NCBI GenBank assembly: GCA_963806035.1
Contig: CAWDWO010000026.1
Coordinates: forward strand, 32,001-96,000
Reading direction: 5' to 3'
Origin: Candidatus Krumholzibacteriota bacterium
Lineage (GTDB): Bacteria > Krumholzibacteriota > Krumholzibacteriia > JAJRXK01
Length of the DNA stretch: 64,000 nt
Each line of letters begins with the position of its first letter. Within the stretch, counting starts at the first letter, position 1. This document shows, in pieces, positions 56,048 to 64,000 of the stretch. Position numbers and translations under genes: made by a program. The notes below the pieces were generated by a model. The model did no database searches. It saw only the letters and a program-made list of their open reading frames with translations, and was not told where the DNA came from.

Positions 56048-56768
56048 AATGGTCGGAAACCAAGTGGACCTCTATCAGGTTCTGGAGGTGAAGCCGGACG
56101 CGAAACCGGAGGAAGTGCGTCGCGCCTACTTCCGTCTGGCCAAGCTGTATCACCCGGACTTGAGTCCGGATGGAGATGCGGACGCCAACACCGAGCGCTT
56201 CCTGCAGATTCAGAAGGCCTATGAGATTCTGTCGAACACCAGCAAACGTCTGGAGTACGACGAGTCGCGTCGCAGCGGGTTGAAGGGTGAGGAAGCGGTA
56301 AGTCAGGCGGAGCGGGGACCATCACCTGGTCCTCGCCCCGCGTGGCTACGAGGCCCCTCACTGGACGAGGTCCGTGATGCGCGGAAGGCCTTCGCGAGGG
56401 TGAAACCGCTGCTCGATCAGGACGAGGTCGAGCGCGCGGCCGAGGTGCTGAGGGTGATCGTCAAGACCGTGCCGAACGAAGCGGAATACCAGTCGATGTA
56501 CGGATATGTTCTGGCCCTGAGCGGAGACAATCTGCACAAGGCGCGCGATCTGTGCCGGCGCGCGGTGCAGGCCGAGCCCTACAACGCGGATTTCCACGCT
56601 CGACTGGGTTTCGTCTACCAGCAGGCGGGTCTCACCAAGACCGCCGAGGAGTGCTTCGCCACCGCGCTGGCCTACGACCAGCAGCAGGAGATCGCGCTCG
56701 CCAATTTCGAGTCGGAAAAGGGCGGAGAGGGCCTCATGGGCAAGATCGGGCGCCTCTTCGGCCACTGA
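56040..56768 (+). CDS. J-domain (DnaJ-like) protein with C-terminal TPRs
   Basis: DLYQVLEV..AYFRLAKLYHPD..FLQIQKAYEILS; TPR-like C-terminus; overlaps the upstream gene by 8 nt. Confidence 0.9.
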   Translation: MPEMVGNQVDLYQVLEVKPDAKPEEVRRAYFRLAKLYHPDLSPDGDADANTERFLQIQKAYEILSNTSKRLEYDESRRSGLKGEEAVSQAERGPSPGPRPAWLRGPSLDEVRDARKAFARVKPLLDQDEVERAAEVLRVIVKTVPNEAEYQSMYGYVLALSGDNLHKARDLCRRAVQAEPYNADFHARLGFVYQQAGLTKTAEECFATALAYDQQQEIALANFESEKGGEGLMGKIGRLFGH

Positions 56769-56858
56769 TCGACCCCTCCGCTTGACACTTCCGCGCCGCT
56801 GCGTCTAGTTTACTGGTAGCCATTCTGGTCTCCCTATCCATCGTAAGTGGAGGTGTCG

Positions 56859-57062
56859 ATGGCAACCGGTGTCGTGCGCTGGTTTCACGAGGGCCGTGGC
56901 TACGGCTTCATCGAGGCAGCTGACACTAAGAACTCCCTTTATTTCAGACACGTGGATGTCGTGGGTACGGGGTATCGCACCCTGCGAGAAGGTCAAAAAG
57001 TGCGTTACGCGGTCCGCGAGAAGAGCCACGTGAACCAGGCCATCCAAGTCGAGGCGCTCTGA
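56859..57062 (+). CDS. Cold-shock domain protein (divergent)
   Basis: MATGVVRWF..RGYGFI..GYRTLREGQKV; SD GGAGGTG; upstream TTGACA-N18-TAGTTT at 56782-56811. Confidence 0.88.
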   Translation: MATGVVRWFHEGRGYGFIEAADTKNSLYFRHVDVVGTGYRTLREGQKVRYAVREKSHVNQAIQVEAL

Positions 57063-57087
57063 GGCGTCCGTTGGAAATCGTTTCCCC

Positions 57088-57123
57088 GCGGTCCCATCCC
57101 ACATGGGAATGGGACCGCTTTCT
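57088..57123 (+). terminator. Intrinsic terminator after csp
   Basis: GCGGTCCCAT...ATGGGACCGC followed by TTTCT. Confidence 0.6.
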
Positions 57124-57150
57124 GTTCCCTGAGGATTCACGGCGTAAGAA

Positions 57151-60149
<2,999 letters not shown>

Positions 60150-60153
60150 GCGG

Positions 60154-61482
60154 ATGCAAAGGCGAGAACCCGTCACCCTCATCGGCGGTGGCCTGGCCGG
60201 GTCCGAAGCCGCCCTCCAACTCGCAGCACGCGGTCACTCCGTACGTCTCTTCGAAATGCGCCCCACGAAGTCGACCGAGGCGCACAAAAGCGGCGATCTC
60301 GCCGAGATCGTCTGCAGCAATTCCTTCAAGAGTGAACGCGATGACACCGCGGCGGGAGTGCTCAAACTCGAACTCGATCTTTTGGGCTGCCGCTTGCTGG
60401 ATTTCGCGCGTCAGGCGCGGGTGCCCGCGGGCGCGGCTCTGGCCATGGACCGCGAACGTTTTTCCGGCGCGGTGACGAGCGCTCTCTTGCAGAGTCCCCA
60501 CTTGAGCGTGGTGAGGGAGGAGGCGCAGCGGATTCCCGCCGAGCGTCCCTGCATCATCGCCACCGGACCCTTGACCTCGGCCGCGCTCCAGGAGGATCTG
60601 GCCCGTCTGCTCGGCGAGGAAGCGCTGTATTTCTACGACGCGATCGCGCCCTCGGTCCTGCTGGACTCGGTGGACCGCGAGATTGCGTTCAAGGCGGCCC
60701 GCTACGAAAAGGGCGAAGCCGACTATTACAACTGCCCGCTGAACAAGGAGGAGTACGAACACTTCGTGGACGAGCTTCTCGCTGCGGATCGCGTGCAGCC
60801 CAAGGACTTCGAGAAGGCGGCCTACTTCCAGGGTTGCATGCCCATCGAGGCCATCGCCGAGGGCGGGCGCGAGAGTTTGCGCTTTGGCCCGATGCGTCCG
60901 GTAGGCCTGCAGGATCCGCGCAGCGGGCGCCGCCCCTGGGCGGTGGTGCAGCTGCGGCAGGAGACGCTGGATGGAACCCTTTTCGGGCTGGTGGGATTCC
61001 AAACGCAGCTCAAGTATCCCGATCAGCGGCGCATCTTCTCCTTGATTCCCGGACTTGAGCGCGCGGAGTTCGCGCGCCTGGGTAGCCTTCACCGCAATAC
61101 CTTCATCAACAGCCCCAAGCACCTCGACGAGAGACTGCAACTGCGCGGGCAGGACGGATTGCATCTCGCGGGACAGATGATCGGCTGTGAAGGCTACGTG
61201 GAGAGCATTGCCACCGGACTTTTGGCCGCGCTCGCGGTGCACGCGCGGCAATCGGATCTGCCCTTCGCACCTCCGCCGCGCGAGTCGATTCTGGGCAGTC
61301 TTTTGGCCTACTTGCGGCAGAACACCGCTCAGCGCCCCAGTCCCATGAACGTGAACTTCGGCCTCCTGCCGCCCTTGAGCGAGCGCATCAGGAGCAAGCG
61401 GGAGCGCAAACTCGCGCTGGCTGAGCGGGCAGTTCGTGCCATGCGCGCCTGGCGCGAGGAATTCGCCGCGCTTTTCGACTGA
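60154..61482 (+). CDS. trmFO: Folate/FAD-dependent tRNA (uracil-54-C5)-methyltransferase TrmFO/Gid
   Basis: IGGGLAGSEAA, EMRP, AEIVCSNS, FGPMRPVGL, HRNTFINSP, AGQMIGCEGYVES. Confidence 0.96.
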   Translation: MQRREPVTLIGGGLAGSEAALQLAARGHSVRLFEMRPTKSTEAHKSGDLAEIVCSNSFKSERDDTAAGVLKLELDLLGCRLLDFARQARVPAGAALAMDRERFSGAVTSALLQSPHLSVVREEAQRIPAERPCIIATGPLTSAALQEDLARLLGEEALYFYDAIAPSVLLDSVDREIAFKAARYEKGEADYYNCPLNKEEYEHFVDELLAADRVQPKDFEKAAYFQGCMPIEAIAEGGRESLRFGPMRPVGLQDPRSGRRPWAVVQLRQETLDGTLFGLVGFQTQLKYPDQRRIFSLIPGLERAEFARLGSLHRNTFINSPKHLDERLQLRGQDGLHLAGQMIGCEGYVESIATGLLAALAVHARQSDLPFAPPPRESILGSLLAYLRQNTAQRPSPMNVNFGLLPPLSERIRSKRERKLALAERAVRAMRAWREEFAALFD

Positions 61483-61525
61483 GAAAAGAGCGGAGCCGCT
61501 GCAGGACTGCTACACTGCCAACAGA

Positions 61526-62482
61526 ATGCCAGCCGTCAACCCACTGGAACAGGCCTGGATCGACCATCTCCGGGCGATCCGCGGACTTTCGCCGCGGACT
61601 CTGGAAGCCTACGCGCGCGATCTGGAGTCGGTGCGCCGGGCCCTGGCCGAGAGAAGCTCGCAAGAGGTGAATTGGCTTGAGATTGATGCTGATCAGCTCA
61701 GAATCTGGTTCAGCTACGAACGTGGGCGTGGGATCAGCTCGAGGAGCTTGGCGCGCCGCCTCTCCGCCCTGCGCGGCTTCTTCAAATTTCTCAAGAGCAA
61801 GGGTCTGCGGAGCGACCAGCCCACGCGCGGCCTGCACACGCCGCGGCTCAGCCGCCGTCTGCCGCGGGTCCCTTCGGAGGAACTCGTAAAGCTCCTGCTG
61901 GAGAGTCCCGATTGCGCCAACGAGCGGGGCCGGCGCGATCGCGCCATTCTGGAGTTGCTCTACGGCTGCGGTCTGCGTCTGAGCGAACTGGTGGCGCTGC
62001 AACTTTCTGAGATCGATTTTCCGGGGGAGACGATGCGGGTTCTGGGAAAGGGCGCGAAGGAGCGAATCGTCCCGCTCGTGGGTGAGGCGAAGTACCGGCT
62101 TTCGGACTATCTTTCCCGCCGCTTGCCGGCAGAGGTTTACGATGCGCTGGCCCAGGGCGCGCTGCGCGTCGAGGATCGCGCGGTGCCCGTGTTCCTGGGT
62201 CGCGCGGGTCATCGGATCGCGCGGCGAACGGTGCAGGCCATGCTCGCTCGAACGATGCGGGCCGCCGCCCTGGGAACGGGGCTTTCGCCTCACGATCTCA
62301 GACACGCTTTCGCCACGCATCTCCTGGACCGAGGCGCCGAGTTACGCGGAGTGCAGGAGCTCTTGGGTCATGCCAGTCTCTCCACCACCCAGATCTACAC
62401 CCACGTGTCCTCGGCGCGCCTGAAAGAGGTCTACGGTCAGGCGCATCCGCGTGCGCAACAAGAGGAGAAAGAGGAAAAGTGA
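61526..62482 (+). CDS. xerC: Tyrosine recombinase XerC
   Basis: [54 protein letters not shown]; trmFO-xerC-hslVU context. Confidence 0.9.
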   Translation: MPAVNPLEQAWIDHLRAIRGLSPRTLEAYARDLESVRRALAERSSQEVNWLEIDADQLRIWFSYERGRGISSRSLARRLSALRGFFKFLKSKGLRSDQPTRGLHTPRLSRRLPRVPSEELVKLLLESPDCANERGRRDRAILELLYGCGLRLSELVALQLSEIDFPGETMRVLGKGAKERIVPLVGEAKYRLSDYLSRRLPAEVYDALAQGALRVEDRAVPVFLGRAGHRIARRTVQAMLARTMRAAALGTGLSPHDLRHAFATHLLDRGAELRGVQELLGHASLSTTQIYTHVSSARLKEVYGQAHPRAQQEEKEEK

Positions 62483-63033
62483 ATCCGCAGAAGATAATGG
62501 GAACGACCATCTTGGGGGTGCGACGCGGCCGCGAGGTCTGTATCGGAGGCGACGGACAGGTCACCTTCGGTGAGGTCACCATGAAGCGAGGCGCCAACAA
62601 GGTGCGCACTCTGCAGGATGGGAAGATTCTGGCCGGCTTCGCCGGAAGCACGGCCGACGCCTTCACGCTCTTCGAAAAATTCGAGGGTCACCTCGACGCC
62701 AAGGGAGGCAATCTGCCGCGAGCCGCGGTGGCCCTGGCCAAGGAATGGCGCAGCGACCGGGTGCTGCGGCGCCTCGAGGCGCTGCTGGCCGTGATGGACG
62801 CCGAACACTCCTTCATCATCTCCGGCAGCGGCGACGTCATCGAACCCGACGACGATCTCATCGCCATCGGGAGCGGTGGCTCCTACGCGCTGGCCGCCGC
62901 GCGCGCTCTCCTTGGCGCCACCGAACTGAGCGCGCAGGAGATCTGTCAGCGGGCGCTGCAGATCGCGGCCGGTATCTGTATCTATACCAACGAGGAGATC
63001 ACGACTCTCCAATTGAAGGACTTTCAGGAATGA
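62479..63033 (+). CDS. hslV: ATP-dependent protease peptidase subunit HslV
   Basis: [42 protein letters not shown]. Confidence 0.97.
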   Translation: MNPQKIMGTTILGVRRGREVCIGGDGQVTFGEVTMKRGANKVRTLQDGKILAGFAGSTADAFTLFEKFEGHLDAKGGNLPRAAVALAKEWRSDRVLRRLEALLAVMDAEHSFIISGSGDVIEPDDDLIAIGSGGSYALAAARALLGATELSAQEICQRALQIAAGICIYTNEEITTLQLKDFQE

Positions 63034-64000
63034 GTGAGAAGATCATCGCAATCGATACCAAGACCAAGGCTCAACTGGCCAACGGGGAAATGACGCCGCG
63101 CCAGATCGTGACCGAATTGGACCGCTACGTGGTGGGACAGGACGACGCCAAGCGCGCGGTGGCGATCGCACTGCGCAACCGCTGGCGTCGCATGCGCGTT
63201 CCCGAGCCGATGCGCGAAGAGATCATTCCCAACAACATCCTGATGATCGGTCCCACCGGTGTGGGGAAGACCGAGATTGCGCGCCGTTTGGCCAGAGTGG
63301 CCGGTGCGCCCTTCGTGAAAGTGGAGGCGACCAAGTTCACCGAGCGCGGCTACGTGGGACGTGACGTCGAAAGCATGGTCCGCGATCTGGTGGAGGTCGG
63401 GGTGGGGATCGTGCGTCAGGAAATGACCGAGGAGGTGGAGGAGAGCACCGCCGCCTCGGTGGAAGAGAGGTTGCTGGATTTGCTCTTGCCGCCGCTGCGG
63501 GATGCCTCGCCGGAGACCAACGAGCGCTGGCGTGCGAGCCGGGAGAAGTTGCGCCGGCAACTTCAGGCTCACGAACTCGAGGAGCGCGAAGTTACCGTCG
63601 AGGTCTCCACGCGTCCCGGGGCACAGTTCGGGATTCTCTCCACCGGGGGCGACGAACTGCTCGAGTCGGGCCTGGGCGACGCTCTCAAGAGCCTCTTTCC
63701 CAAGCAACGCAAATCGCGGCAGGTGAGCCTGGCCGAGGCGCGGCGGCTCTTGCGCGAGGAAGAGCTGGATCGCCGCATCGACATGGAGAAAGTGACGACG
63801 GAGGCCCTGATCAGAACCGAATCTTCGGGCATCATCTTCCTGGACGAGATCGACAAGATCGCCAGCCGCAGCGAGACCGGCGGGGTGGACGTCAGCCGCG
63901 AGGGCGTGCAGCGCGATCTCTTGCCCGTGGTGGAGGGAGCGACCGTGCAGACCAAGTACGGCGCCGTCTCCACCGACCACATTCTCTTCATCGCCGCCGG
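63030..64000 (+). CDS. hslU: ATP-dependent protease ATPase subunit HslU, partial (runs off the window; absent from ORF track)
   Basis: [75 protein letters not shown]. Confidence 0.97.
   Translation, partial: MSEKIIAIDTKTKAQLANGEMTPRQIVTELDRYVVGQDDAKRAVAIALRNRWRRMRVPEPMREEIIPNNILMIGPTGVGKTEIARRLARVAGAPFVKVEATKFTERGYVGRDVESMVRDLVEVGVGIVRQEMTEEVEESTAASVEERLLDLLLPPLRDASPETNERWRASREKLRRQLQAHELEEREVTVEVSTRPGAQFGILSTGGDELLESGLGDALKSLFPKQRKSRQVSLAEARRLLREEELDRRIDMEKVTTEALIRTESSGIIFLDEIDKIASRSETGGVDVSREGVQRDLLPVVEGATVQTKYGAVSTDHILFIAA

Noticed and set aside
61526..62482. Phage or island integrase
   Set aside because: XerC-type sequence in the housekeeping trmFO-xerC-hslVU context with no mobile cargo.

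Overview
A 64 kb, GC-rich bacterial chromosome segment. FlgD-Ig/T9SS-like C-terminal domains, a PorV-like barrel, alternative GlmU and a bS22-type small ribosomal protein suggest an FCB-associated lineage such as Latescibacterota, Krumholzibacteriota or Eisenbacteria; this is inference. Housekeeping genes are clpB, fbp, hup/ihf, rnr, comEC, purC-purH-guaA, secA, trmFO-xerC-hslV-hslU, tRNA-Leu(CAA) and tRNA-Ala(GGC). The most notable features are: (1) a DUF2946/CruR/CutF-like His/CxxC leader peptide ending in RGPP, whose last codons base-pair over the Shine-Dalgarno and start codon of a Zn/Mn-type uptake operon (porin, SBP, permease, no ATPase), a candidate metal-sensing ribosome-stalling switch; (2) a compact Haliangium-type bacterial microcompartment operon (BMC-H, BMC-P, AldDH, BMC-T, BMC-P, BMC-P) with no signature enzyme, preceded by an unannotated structured RNA-like element; (3) two tandem ~1600-aa gingipain-like C25/FG-GAP proteases and an M6 protease sharing a sorting-type C-terminal domain; (4) a PilZ, kinase and two sigma54-activator cluster, plus a near-consensus sigma54 promoter. 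Frameshifts in secA (many), guaA and one activator look like assembly indels. No CRISPR array, IS element or prophage is visible. All calls are by eye, without database searches.
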